A stretch of 64,000 bases of DNA from a virus. The position numbers and the translations under genes were made by a program. The number at the start of each line of letters is the position of its first letter. Position 1 is the first letter of the stretch. The notes beneath the pieces are model-generated. The model had not been told where the DNA came from, did no database searches, and saw only the letters and a program-made list of their open reading frames with translations. The stretch spans positions 64,001 through 128,000 of IMG/VR virus record IMGVR_UViG_3300028840_005911; one strand, 5' to 3'. This document shows, piece by piece, positions 53,266-62,881 of the stretch.

Positions 53266-53517
53266 TCATTCTCCTGTTTCGACTTTAATCCCGACGCTGG
53301 CCTTTAGGAAGTAGATGGCCCACCAGCACAGAAAGATGTCCCAGAACTCGAGCATCGGGGCATCTTTCCAGAAGTTGGGGACCATATTCTGCCAAGCGGC
53401 CTGGAACAGGAACGAAGTCACCAGGCTGAGGGCGAATGTGTAGCACAAGGCGACTACGATCATAAACAGCGTCAGCAGGGCTATCGTGAGCCACTTGCCT
53501 ATTACTTCGCCCATCAT
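53266..53517 (-). CDS. membrane protein
   Basis: Two hydrophobic segments; AAGGAG SD. Confidence 0.55.
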   Translation of the reverse strand: MMGEVIGKWLTIALLTLFMIVVALCYTFALSLVTSFLFQAAWQNMVPNFWKDAPMLEFWDIFLCWWAIYFLKASVGIKVETGE

Positions 53518-53647
53518 CGTCTCCTTATTGCGTCGACCAGGTCCAAAGCCATGCCGGCCGGGGCCTTGATAATCCAGGCGGTCAGCTCTTCTAAGAGGAC
53601 CCTCGCCATGGCAGTAAGCATGGCGATGAGGTCGGTGTGTTCGTCGT

Positions 53648-54094
53648 TCATTCTATCATCTCTGGGAGCTCAAAGTGCTTTTTGCAGTGCGGGCACTGGA
53701 TATTCTTCCCCGGCATGGGGACCCCTACGTGGCGTGCACCATCCGCATCACAGGACAGAATCCAGATGTCCCCGGGGTCGTCCCCGCTACACTTGAAGGT
53801 GCCGTTCAGAGTGAAGTCCGGCCATTTCTCTCGCATCTTGTCGATGACGAAGTTGACCTGGCCGACCATGTCGTAGCTTTTCTCCGCCCCGTTCCACTTG
53901 ATACCGAGCATGTCCTCGGTCAGCTTGAGATCGATGCCGTACCACTCCGGTTTCCACCCTACGAAGCCCTCAGACCACTCCGGATGCTTACGCCTGTCTT
54001 CTCCAAGGTACTTTTTGAGCTCGACTATCTGGTTGACGGTCGGATCTCCGCTCCCTATGTTCAGGACTCCTGAGAAATTAGTGTTGTATCCCAC
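53648..54094 (-). CDS. hypothetical phage protein
   Basis: MGYNTNFSG...WNGAEKSYD; GTG start. Confidence 0.65.
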   Translation of the reverse strand: MGYNTNFSGVLNIGSGDPTVNQIVELKKYLGEDRRKHPEWSEGFVGWKPEWYGIDLKLTEDMLGIKWNGAEKSYDMVGQVNFVIDKMREKWPDFTLNGTFKCSGDDPGDIWILSCDADGARHVGVPMPGKNIQCPHCKKHFELPEMIE

Positions 54095-54886
54095 TTCTAT
54101 ACCTCGTAGGACTCGGCCTTCCTCTCAACTGCCCGGAGGTCTCCAGCGAGCTCCTTCAGGAGCTCTATCCTGTGTTCGTCGGTGTTGAGCCTGATGAAGG
54201 CGGATTTTCTGTTTTCTGCTTTTGTATCGAGTATCGTGGCTAGGGAACCTAGCACTTCCGTCAGGCCGAATCTGCCGGCCAAAGCGTTGAGTTCATGCTC
54301 GAGGACTGTCCACTCCATGTTGTTCTCCTTCTACCTTCAGCTCGAATCTCCCCGTCTCGTGATTAAAGTTGCGGTCCTTCCCCCACGCTGTACATTCTGG
54401 GCACATCTTCCACTTTCCAAAAGAGATGACCGTGGGGCTATCTACGAACGGCTCTCCACACTGCCTGCATAGGAACCTACCGGGTTCTTTCAGAGCCGGT
54501 GGCTCAGAGTCAATGACACCATCATCGGTGATGGGTTTGATCATGAGGCCGGGGGAGAACCCGATCTGTGGGTCGAAAACCAACCTGTAGTCACTATCCC
54601 TGCCTCTCAGAATGACGTCTAAGACACGAACGTGGTCTTTGGCATCACTCAGCACCTCTTCGCTGCTCAAATCCTCTGTGAGCTCAATCTCGAGCCTCAG
54701 GGGCACGGTTACGACTGGATTCTTCATGCTTCTTCCTCCCTGGGGGGACCGTTGAGGAGGTAGAAAGCCTTCTCGATGCAATCCTGCCTGTCGGGGCAGT
54801 TTGCGCAGTCCCCCTCGTCGAAGTTGGGCTGGACCATCTTGAATGGTCCCATCCTCTCGTCGTTGACCTCGAGATCCTCGTCCGGG

Positions 54887-55108
54887 TCAAATCTCAGCTG
54901 AATCTCTGGCATCATTGCTCCCTGTCTTGCTGTATCCGTCCTTGGCCCATCCACCTCCAGCGAGCTTGAAGCTGGATAGCGAGATGACCCTGTTCAAGGA
55001 GCCCCCACAGTGGTTGCAGGACAGGCCCTCGTAGGGGTCGTCGGTGATCCTCTGCTCTATCTCCTTGATCTTGGCGCAAGTCAAGCACTGATATTCATAA
55101 GTAGGCAT
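54887..55108 (-). CDS. FmdB family Zn-ribbon protein
   Basis: MPTYEYQCLTC...CNHCGG.LNRVIS.SSFKLAGGGW. Confidence 0.88.
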   Translation of the reverse strand: MPTYEYQCLTCAKIKEIEQRITDDPYEGLSCNHCGGSLNRVISLSSFKLAGGGWAKDGYSKTGSNDARDSAEI

Positions 55109-55430
55109 GGCTACCTCCAGGTTACATAGTACTTATCCCAGAATACCGCTCAAAATTCAAGGTTTTCTGATGAGCTGATAGCAGGATGGTCTCCCAACCC
55201 ACCGTATGAGAACCCAGGTATCGCTCTCCATGTCTTCCGCCAACTTGTCCAGCTTCCGGCCCAGGACCGGGTATTGGACCACCTCGAACCTCTTGATGTT
55301 GAAGACATGGTGCCGGAACATCTGGTTGTTGAACACCCCGGCCTTTACGAGATCTGAGATGGTGACATGCCTAGCCCCGAACTTCTTCCACCACTTTCTG
55401 AAGGTGTCGGTAAATCCGGGAGGAGCACCC

Positions 55431-56036
55431 TCAAGAGCAGCCACTGGTGCCGCCACAGTTCTGGCACCTATAGCACGTCCCGTTACGGACCATAATGCTT
55501 CCACAGGTAACGCAGGTAGGCGCATCCGACTGGACCACGAAGGTAGGTTTCACACCGTTGGACAAGCTTGGAGGAGCCTTGATGTCACTGGGCTTATCCC
55601 CCAAGAACTTGATGCCAAGCCACTTGGCGATGTAGTCGGTCACCGACTTGGCAAAGGCGATATCCTTGTTGTCGGTGTAGCCGCAGGGCTCGAAGCGGGT
55701 ATGCATCATCTTGTCCACGATGCACCGAAGGGGGACACCATGCTGAAGGGAGATAGACACGAGGGTGGCTATGGTATCCATGAGCCCCCGGACCGTGCTG
55801 CCCTCCTTGGACATAGTGATAAAGAGCTCACCGGGGGTGCCGTCTTCGTAGACTCCCACAGTGATATAGACCTTGTGTCCTCCGATAACCACCTTGTGAG
55901 TGACGGCCTTCCGCTCGTCAGGCAGTTTAGATCTAGTTGCTGGAGAAGCCCCTACCTTCTTGGAGGCCTTCTTTGGCTCTGGCTTCTTGGTCTTCTTTTT
56001 TGGCTCTGAAGGCACGGATTGACTGACAGTTTCCAT
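55431..56036 (-). CDS. nrdJb: stand-alone C-terminal TSCPD/Zn-ribbon module of class II ribonucleotide reductase (NrdJb-like)
   Basis: LPDERKAVTHK...GELFITMSKEGST...RFEPCG...SVTDYIAKWL...CVTCGSIMVRNGTCYRCQNCGGTSGCS. Confidence 0.88.
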   Translation of the reverse strand: METVSQSVPSEPKKKTKKPEPKKASKKVGASPATRSKLPDERKAVTHKVVIGGHKVYITVGVYEDGTPGELFITMSKEGSTVRGLMDTIATLVSISLQHGVPLRCIVDKMMHTRFEPCGYTDNKDIAFAKSVTDYIAKWLGIKFLGDKPSDIKAPPSLSNGVKPTFVVQSDAPTCVTCGSIMVRNGTCYRCQNCGGTSGCS

Positions 56037-56147
56037 CTGTTGGTCTCCGGAAAAGGTTTATGGCACTATTTTTCCCACCAGGACAGGTTACACCAGCTAG
56101 GGATGGCCATGCAATCAGAATGATCTTTCCTCCAATGAAATCGGGGA

Positions 56148-56951
56148 TCATGTATCGCCCGCAGCATCCTCGATGACGACATCGTATGTATAGACGCCAA
56201 ACCTATCCATGACCTCTTTGACAGGGTCCGAGAAGTCCATGTCCGTGGTCAACGCTTTGACCGCCGGGAAGAGAAATGGGTAGGTGGAAAACAAGCTACT
56301 GACGATGGCCGGGGTAGCGCCAGTCAGGAACGTGTTCCTAATGTGTTTTGACCAGTCCGTGTAATCTACCGTTGAACTGATACACAGACGGCCAGCGCTA
56401 CCCAGCAGGCTCTTGACCATCTCCCTGTCCGATGAGGTGAGTGAGTCAAGATCGAGCAACAGATTGAACCCGCAGTAGTACCTCGTAGAGAAGTCTACGA
56501 GGTCGTCCACGACCCGCAGCTTCCCCTTCTCAGGAGACTCCTTGAACTCCTCCCTCTCCTCCTCGGTGATATTCAGTATCTTGCTGATCTTCTCGGCGTT
56601 CCTGACCTTGAAGCAGTGACCTGTCACCGACTCTAGATAGTACAGAGCGTGGTAATAGTTACCCAAGATATGTCCGTAGGCTCTGCCGAGCGCGAGGGAC
56701 AATTTATTGACCAGAGCCAGGTCCCTGTCAGAACACCTGTGGACCATTCTTGGTTTGTCCCACAGGTCGGCGCTCACGTCATGCAGATAGTCGGTTTCCG
56801 ACGAGTGTGGAGTCTCTATCTGGATGAGCACGTAGTCCCCGTGGTGTCGTACAGCACGGTACTCCTTCCCCTCCGGGCTGACCAACACATCACCCGGCCT
56901 AATCTCCTTGAACTCCCTTTTCTTCATTTTCCTTCTCCCTGATACGCTCAT
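56148..56951 (-). CDS. hypothetical phage protein
   Basis: ORF track, 267 aa. Confidence 0.6.
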   Translation of the reverse strand: MSVSGRRKMKKREFKEIRPGDVLVSPEGKEYRAVRHHGDYVLIQIETPHSSETDYLHDVSADLWDKPRMVHRCSDRDLALVNKLSLALGRAYGHILGNYYHALYYLESVTGHCFKVRNAEKISKILNITEEEREEFKESPEKGKLRVVDDLVDFSTRYYCGFNLLLDLDSLTSSDREMVKSLLGSAGRLCISSTVDYTDWSKHIRNTFLTGATPAIVSSLFSTYPFLFPAVKALTTDMDFSDPVKEVMDRFGVYTYDVVIEDAAGDT

Positions 56952-57297
56952 CCAGGAGGTCGTTGATAGTCTCCTCTCGTATGAACTGATCGATGAACGC
57001 CACTTCTCCCATGTCGTTGATCATCTCCCCAACCGCTTCGTTTAGGACTTCCTGATTGATCATGGCCAGGATCTCCTTACCATCGTACTCCTCAAGAACG
57101 ACATCAGCTAGATCGCTGAGCATATCCTGCCTTGAATACTCCCCAACGGTTTCCCACGGGTCTAGCGCCATATTCAGGTGCCAGCTGTCCACCACCTCCT
57201 GTAGGTTGTCCTCCTTGATGAAGTACAGGCGCACCTCGACGCCGTTCACATAGGGACCTATCTCCACCTTTTCGCACTGCACCTTTGCTTCGTACAT
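56899..57297 (-). CDS. hypothetical acidic protein
   Basis: GGAG SD. Confidence 0.6.
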   Translation of the reverse strand: MYEAKVQCEKVEIGPYVNGVEVRLYFIKEDNLQEVVDSWHLNMALDPWETVGEYSRQDMLSDLADVVLEEYDGKEILAMINQEVLNEAVGEMINDMGEVAFIDQFIREETINDLLDERIREKENEEKGVQGD

Positions 57298-57351
57298 ATC
57301 TTCTCCTAGCTAAAAGGAAGGCGACAGATAATCTGCCGTCTTCCTTTCTGC

Positions 57352-58062
57352 TCAGTCGTCCAGGCTACCCACGATGACCTTATTGACACCCTTGAAACGC
57401 CCGATAATCTCCGAGAGCTCGCTGGCCTCGTCCGGGTCATCCAAGAGAACAGCCAGGAAAGTAGAAGCACCTGCCTCACTTGACTCCTTCTTTTCCTTCT
57501 TCGGCTGGCCGAGCACCGCACAGTCTTCGCACCACATGGGGCCTGTCATCAGCTTGTTGGCACCCAACTTCTTGAGACCTTTTCTCGGCACGAGCCTGTG
57601 ACACCTGGCGCATATTATCTTGGCTCCGTCCCCCTCGTTGAACTCTCTGATATACTCCTCGGTCACTTCCCTGATTTTGGGCTTCTTGCTCTTTCTGGGC
57701 GTTCTCTTTTGCGGGGGAGCAGAAGAGAGAGTCTGGGCAACGGTTAGACCTCTCCTGAGCCTGTTGATGATGGTGGTCTTGTGAACACCGACCTCCTCCG
57801 CCCACGCCTCTACCGGGAGAGTGGACCCCCTGTAGGTCAAACAGAGTCGGCCATCCTCATCTGCCGTGGTGTGCGGCACTGACTTACCATATCCAGGCTT
57901 TACCTTCTTCACCGGAGCGGTGAAGGCCTCCTCAACTGACTTGCCCCTCCTGAGTCTGCTGATCAGTGTGGGCATCCCGATGTTCAGGATCTTCGACCAT
58001 TCCTCGATGGTGTTCTTTTGACCGTCGTGCTTGATTACCGTTTCTTTGTTGAACGTAGACAT
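57352..58062 (-). CDS. tandem HTH DNA-binding protein with Zn finger and ACT-like tail
   Basis: Two TIEEWS..LNI..TLISRLRRG.SVEEAF-type repeats; CARC...CEDC; promoter GAAAAT-N17-TATAAG at 58130-58102. Confidence 0.7.
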   Translation of the reverse strand: MSTFNKETVIKHDGQKNTIEEWSKILNIGMPTLISRLRRGKSVEEAFTAPVKKVKPGYGKSVPHTTADEDGRLCLTYRGSTLPVEAWAEEVGVHKTTIINRLRRGLTVAQTLSSAPPQKRTPRKSKKPKIREVTEEYIREFNEGDGAKIICARCHRLVPRKGLKKLGANKLMTGPMWCEDCAVLGQPKKEKKESSEAGASTFLAVLLDDPDEASELSEIIGRFKGVNKVIVGSLDD

Positions 58063-58221
58063 ACCTATCCTCCTTTGGATGTAAGTTCTTCTCTCAATGT
58101 TCTTATACCGGAAGAAGCTAGGCGATTTTCTTGAGCTGGTAGGGCTTGAAGTTGTCTCGTTCCCAAGGCGGGATCTTGGTTCCCCACATCCGATAGCGGA
58201 GGAACAGGTACAGCTTGCGTA

Positions 58222-58884
58222 TCATTGGTCTCCTCGTTCTCTCTCGTGCTCGACGTAGAGCTGATTCAATATCGGCTCGAGTCTCCACAACTCTTCGTTC
58301 TCGTGTTTATAGTCAGGTCTCCACTTGCCAGGATCCTTCATCCTGAACCGGAGGGCATTCTCGTCTATGAGGTGGAGGATCTCATGGTAGAAGGCAGACT
58401 TCTCAATGGATCCTTTCCAGTGAACGATGATGGACTTTCTCTTCTGTATGCCGGCCTTCCCTTCGACTGCCCATCCGAGTCCCATGAGGGATATGGGCTC
58501 CTGTCTGAACTCTATGGTACATCCCGACAGGGCGCGCATGATCTCTTCGAAATTGGCTATGTTGGTTCTCCTCGGGAAGTTCTTGAGCAGGAGGAACAGG
58601 GCGTTCTTTATCATCGGCCTCTTGATGACATCTATCCCGTTGGTCCAGACGTAGGCCGGGTAGTCCTCCAGCATGAAGTCCCACCCTCTGGAGTACTGGA
58701 CCAGTACACCGGCGATGCTGATTCCGATCAGGGCCGATAGCACGAATAGCATAATCAGGATCTCGGCTATCTTCCACTCCTGCGGGGTCAAGACAGCGGC
58801 TACGGTTGCAGCCACGGCTATGAGGATTGTGGCACCGAACCACCAGATGTCTCTCCACGGGATGTATCGTTTCTTCTTAGTCAT
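58222..58884 (-). CDS. membrane protein with HEXXH-like motif
   Basis: Two N-terminal TM segments; FYHEILHLID. Confidence 0.6.
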   Translation of the reverse strand: MTKKKRYIPWRDIWWFGATILIAVAATVAAVLTPQEWKIAEILIMLFVLSALIGISIAGVLVQYSRGWDFMLEDYPAYVWTNGIDVIKRPMIKNALFLLLKNFPRRTNIANFEEIMRALSGCTIEFRQEPISLMGLGWAVEGKAGIQKRKSIIVHWKGSIEKSAFYHEILHLIDENALRFRMKDPGKWRPDYKHENEELWRLEPILNQLYVEHERERGDQ

Positions 58885-59024
58885 CTCTTTGGCCTCTTCT
58901 TCGCGCTGATCCTATCCATGTACTCCTGGTAGCATTTGTCGCATAGAATGATACCAAAAGGGAAGAGCTTGGTGGCAACTGCCCTCTTGCAACTATGGCA
59001 TATGTGAACTACCTCTCCCAAACG

Positions 59025-59708
59025 TCAGTCTACCTCCAGCGATAGAAGCTCGTGGTAGGTGCTGAGGACCTTGTCCACGTAGCCATTACGGCCAGGGTCC
59101 CTGTCCTTGACGAGATCCCAGTCCACCTTGCTAGGCCCGCGATTGTACGCTGCGAGGGCGGTGTCGAGATCCCCGTACCACTCCTCGTAGAACCCGAGAA
59201 CCGTGAGACCGCACTTGATGTTGGTCTCCATGTCGAACAGCGACTTCTCTACCTTCAGGATCTCCGCCCAGCTCGGCATGAGCTGCATAAGGCCTTTCGC
59301 CCCGACCTTCGATACCGCCTTGGGGTTGAAGTGTGACTCCCTGTACATGATGGCCATGATGAGCTCGGGGTCTCGGCTGTACTCCTTGGAGTACTTGACG
59401 ATTGACCTGGACAGCCGCTTGCCGAAGCTGAGGTCTATCTTCTTCAGGTACATGATCTTGAGCAGGACAACCGTCTCCTCGTGATTGTTGGACACACTGT
59501 TCCGGATCACAGATAGTGTGGAGATCACCTGCTTATTCTGTGCAGCGGTTTTGCTACCTTGATGCACGCTGAACAGCACCAGCATACCGAGGGTCAACAG
59601 CACTGGTATCGATACCAGCATTATCAGTGCCGGTTTGCCGATAGAGATGATCTTGACCGGCTCAGGCAGTGGGTTCTCCACCGGTTGTAATTTCTTCGCA
59701 GCAGTCAT
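59025..59708 (-). CDS. membrane-anchored lytic transglycosylase (SLT domain)
   Basis: AIMYRESHFNPKAVS.VGAKGLMQLMP...ALAAYNRG; N-terminal TM. Confidence 0.93.
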   Translation of the reverse strand: MTAAKKLQPVENPLPEPVKIISIGKPALIMLVSIPVLLTLGMLVLFSVHQGSKTAAQNKQVISTLSVIRNSVSNNHEETVVLLKIMYLKKIDLSFGKRLSRSIVKYSKEYSRDPELIMAIMYRESHFNPKAVSKVGAKGLMQLMPSWAEILKVEKSLFDMETNIKCGLTVLGFYEEWYGDLDTALAAYNRGPSKVDWDLVKDRDPGRNGYVDKVLSTYHELLSLEVD

Positions 59709-59827
59709 CGGTTATTTCCTCCGTATAATTTTGCACGAACAATCGGGCGTCTGCCACATCTTTGATCTCCTGGGAGGTCCATTCCTCACGCTCTATGCCG
59801 ACCAGGCATAGGAGATTCCTGATGTGC

Positions 59828-61834
59828 TTAACCGCTGATTTGATCTCCTTCATCGCTTCCCTCGAATCCTTTGAGGAAGTGGAAGACGTCCCCGATGTCT
59901 GGAGACTCGTAACAATCCCTTGGGAAAGCGCTCATGAACTGTTGGCCGTAGCCTTTCGTGTTGATTCTGACGTCCAAGACGACTGCTGCTCCATAATCGG
60001 TTTCAGACCTTATGAGTCTTCCAACTCCCTGTTTCATAGAGATTAGCGCTCTGGGTATAGAATACTCGAAGAACGACCTTGAGCCCAGGTGCTTGTTCAT
60101 GTGGTGCAACACAGGATCGTCTGGCGGTATGAAGGGGAGCTTGTCGATAACCAGGCAGCTAAGCGCCTTTCCGGGGATGTCCACACCCTGCCAGAAGGAT
60201 GCTGTGGCCAAGATGACGGCGTTCTGTCCATCCGCCTTCTTGAACCTGTCTATGATCTTGCTCTTGGGCAGTTCACCTTGCATGAGGATATCGAACCCCG
60301 GGAGCCGGAGCTTGGACCTGACCTCCCTCATGTTGCGGTAGGACGTGCAAAGGAGCATGGTCCGGCCGCCGATCTTGTGAGCTATCTCCTGGACGACGTT
60401 AGCCACCTCATCGGACCACCCTCTGTCCCTGGGGTCAGGGAACGGATGATCAGGGACCACCGCAAGAACCCTCGAGGAGTCGAATGGTGTCGGGGTGATC
60501 ATCGAAGAGTACTCCGAAGGTTCGAGACCAAACTGGTCAGCCACGAAGTCGAAGTTGTTGTTTGTGGCCAGGGTTGCGGAGGTGGCTACGAGGGTTTTGC
60601 TGTCCAGAATCTCTTCCCTGAAGAACCCCTGAACGTCTATCATCTTCCCGCACAGGGAGGAATCACCTGCCGCGCCTTTCTCGGTGTAGTACACGAGCCC
60701 GCCGGGCAGTTCCCCATCGAGGCCGAGACAAGCCACTTCGATGGTGGCTGCATGTTCCCGACACTTCTTGGATCGGGCTGTCCACTTCTTCTGTTGGACC
60801 CTCATCGCCCCTGCCGTCTTACCGGAAGTCCCGGAGATATTCTTCTCGAGATTCCTGGCGGCCTTCATATACACCCCAGCGGCATCCTTGAGAGCCTGAA
60901 TCAGGCCGAAGTCGGGACCCAGAGGACGGTCGATGATCTTCTCCCTTCGGGCACCTATCTCGGCGAAGAACAGGTCGGCTGCCTCACCGGCCCTGATTTT
61001 GACGCTCACTCCTCCGATGTTGCTCAGAGACGAGAGGTTAGCCAATGCCCATCCAACGCTTCTGCGATTGACCTGGAACCCCATGAAGTCTCTGGCGATG
61101 TCTACGGCTTCATGGGCTTCGTCCATCACCAAGACCTCATGGTCCGGGAGCAGCTTGACGAACTCCTCGGTACCGGACCGCACCACGAAGTCACTGTACA
61201 GGTAGTGGTAGTTGGTCACGATGATGTGGGGCGGATTATCCTCCTTCCTGGCATTGTAGAGGAAGCACTTGCCCGCCCTCTTGTACTCGCAACTCTCCTT
61301 GATGCACTCATCTGTCTTGCAGCACACCTCTGACCATTGAGATTGGGGGTACTCGACATCCATATCGCTCTTGTCCCCAGTCTCCGTCTTCTGAGACCAG
61401 GCCAGTATGTCTGCCAACCACCTAGGGTAGTTCTCGTAGCTTTCCAGCATAGAGTCCAGCTTGGACTGGCACAGGTAGTTCCCCACACCTTTCATGAGGG
61501 AGAACTCGAGCTCGGGGAGCGGCTTGTCTTTGTACATGCGTCCTTTCAGGATCTCCCTGACGGACGGCAAATCTTTATTGATGAGCTGCTCCTGCAGGGT
61601 GATGTTGGCAGTGACTACCACCACCGGTCCGAACCCCTCCATCGCGTAGAGCGCAGAAGGGATCAGGTAGGCCTGTCCTTTCCCTGTTCCAGTGACCCCC
61701 TCAACTAGAAGGTGCTTGCCGCTGGCTATGGAAGCAGCCACGTTCTCAGACATAGCTATCTGCCCGGGCCTCGGACGGTAGCCTTCAAGCTTCTCTGCTA
61801 CCCACGTGTCGAATATTTCGGCTATCGAAATCAT
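59828..61834 (-). CDS. dinG: DinG/YoaA family ATP-dependent helicase
   Basis: RPGQIAM, VEGVTGTGK, IIVTNYHYL, VMDEAH, ATSAT, FWQGVDIPG..LSCLVIDKLPF, KQGVGRLIRSETDYG. Confidence 0.93.
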   Translation of the reverse strand: MISIAEIFDTWVAEKLEGYRPRPGQIAMSENVAASIASGKHLLVEGVTGTGKGQAYLIPSALYAMEGFGPVVVVTANITLQEQLINKDLPSVREILKGRMYKDKPLPELEFSLMKGVGNYLCQSKLDSMLESYENYPRWLADILAWSQKTETGDKSDMDVEYPQSQWSEVCCKTDECIKESCEYKRAGKCFLYNARKEDNPPHIIVTNYHYLYSDFVVRSGTEEFVKLLPDHEVLVMDEAHEAVDIARDFMGFQVNRRSVGWALANLSSLSNIGGVSVKIRAGEAADLFFAEIGARREKIIDRPLGPDFGLIQALKDAAGVYMKAARNLEKNISGTSGKTAGAMRVQQKKWTARSKKCREHAATIEVACLGLDGELPGGLVYYTEKGAAGDSSLCGKMIDVQGFFREEILDSKTLVATSATLATNNNFDFVADQFGLEPSEYSSMITPTPFDSSRVLAVVPDHPFPDPRDRGWSDEVANVVQEIAHKIGGRTMLLCTSYRNMREVRSKLRLPGFDILMQGELPKSKIIDRFKKADGQNAVILATASFWQGVDIPGKALSCLVIDKLPFIPPDDPVLHHMNKHLGSRSFFEYSIPRALISMKQGVGRLIRSETDYGAAVVLDVRINTKGYGQQFMSAFPRDCYESPDIGDVFHFLKGFEGSDEGDQISG

Positions 61835-61835
61835 A

Positions 61836-62036
61836 TCAGTACTCTTTCCCCCAAATGTCTGCATCCATCTTCCCGCCCTCAACGAAGTGGACGACATTTT
61901 TTATCCGGAAGTGTCTTCCGTCCTCCAAAGCCACAGCTTCACCTATTTTTGGTATTTCTCGAACCTTGTATGTCCCAACAAGGTGAGGATCTTTATCGCA
62001 ATCCTTCCACAGCCGTATTTCGATAGCCTGGTTCAT
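61836..62036 (-). CDS. small hypothetical protein
   Basis: ATGA overlap. Confidence 0.55.
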   Translation of the reverse strand: MNQAIEIRLWKDCDKDPHLVGTYKVREIPKIGEAVALEDGRHFRIKNVVHFVEGGKMDADIWGKEY

Positions 62037-62458
62037 CTCGTGTCCTCTATTTCTGGGTAAAGTATCTCGTAGGCCTTCTCGTACCTTTTGGACAAGCTCT
62101 CTGGTATATTCTCTTTTCTATTTAGGTGATCGACGACGTCGTAGTACTTTACCAACCTACCAAGCTTGTTCTTGGCTGCGCGGTCTATGAAGTCCATGTA
62201 CTCCTCTCCCTTTCTCCTGGTTACCGCGTCGACCGCTTCCACAATCTCCTCTGTGAATCCGAACTCACGGAGCTCTTCTAGAGTGACCGGGGTGTCCTCC
62301 ACGATGTCGTGCAGCGCGGCCACGATCTTCATCTCGATTGTGTGACAACCCTCCATGACGCTGAGGACATGGAGAATGTAGGGGTGACCAGCCTTATCGA
62401 CCTGGCCCCTGTGAGACTCAGCCGCAAGAATGATAGCGGCGGTCAAATGTTCGTGCAT
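62033..62458 (-). CDS. HD-domain (p)ppGpp hydrolase-like protein (small alarmone hydrolase/Mesh1 type)
   Basis: HRGQVDKAGHPYILH, AALHDIVEDT, VKYYD; AGGAGG SD before ATG 62458. Confidence 0.82.
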   Translation of the reverse strand: MHEHLTAAIILAAESHRGQVDKAGHPYILHVLSVMEGCHTIEMKIVAALHDIVEDTPVTLEELREFGFTEEIVEAVDAVTRRKGEEYMDFIDRAAKNKLGRLVKYYDVVDHLNRKENIPESLSKRYEKAYEILYPEIEDTR

Positions 62459-62530
62459 ATTTCCCTCCTTGTAACCTGCCCATCGCTGCCGCCCGCCCTG
62501 AGGAGAGCGGCAGAGTGGAGAGGCCACTTG

Positions 62531-62881
62531 TCAAACTATCTTTGTGCGCAGCACAGTGACATTTTCACCAGATAACTCGTCCACTATTCTGGTGCGGTAG
62601 GCCTCCGGTTTGTACAACCTGGGTATAGTGAATTTGAAGATGACGTCCGTTTTCCTGCAGGTGAATGACCCTTCCTCGTTAGAGAACAGCTCAGTTCCCC
62701 AACCCTGCATGCTAACGTTCTCAAATCCCCCCAAGGCTATAGAAGCTTCACACTCTTGGTAGGCAGGTACCTCAACGAAAACGTACCTGTGCACTAGTCT
62801 GGGAAACAGAGAGATTACGGTTACCGAGATAATGCTACCAAGTAAGAGGCCGGCTGCGAACCACATCACGGTCATCTCCAT
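62531..62881 (-). CDS. membrane-anchored hypothetical protein
   Basis: N-terminal TM. Confidence 0.55.
   Translation of the reverse strand: MEMTVMWFAAGLLLGSIISVTVISLFPRLVHRYVFVEVPAYQECEASIALGGFENVSMQGWGTELFSNEEGSFTCRKTDVIFKFTIPRLYKPEAYRTRIVDELSGENVTVLRTKIV

Noticed and set aside
59828-61834. DinG plus Cas7-like gene as a type IV-A CRISPR system
   Set aside because: The genes are 40 kb apart on opposite strands, with no csf1/csf3/cas6 and no repeat-spacer array. The helicase looks like an ordinary YoaA/DinG.
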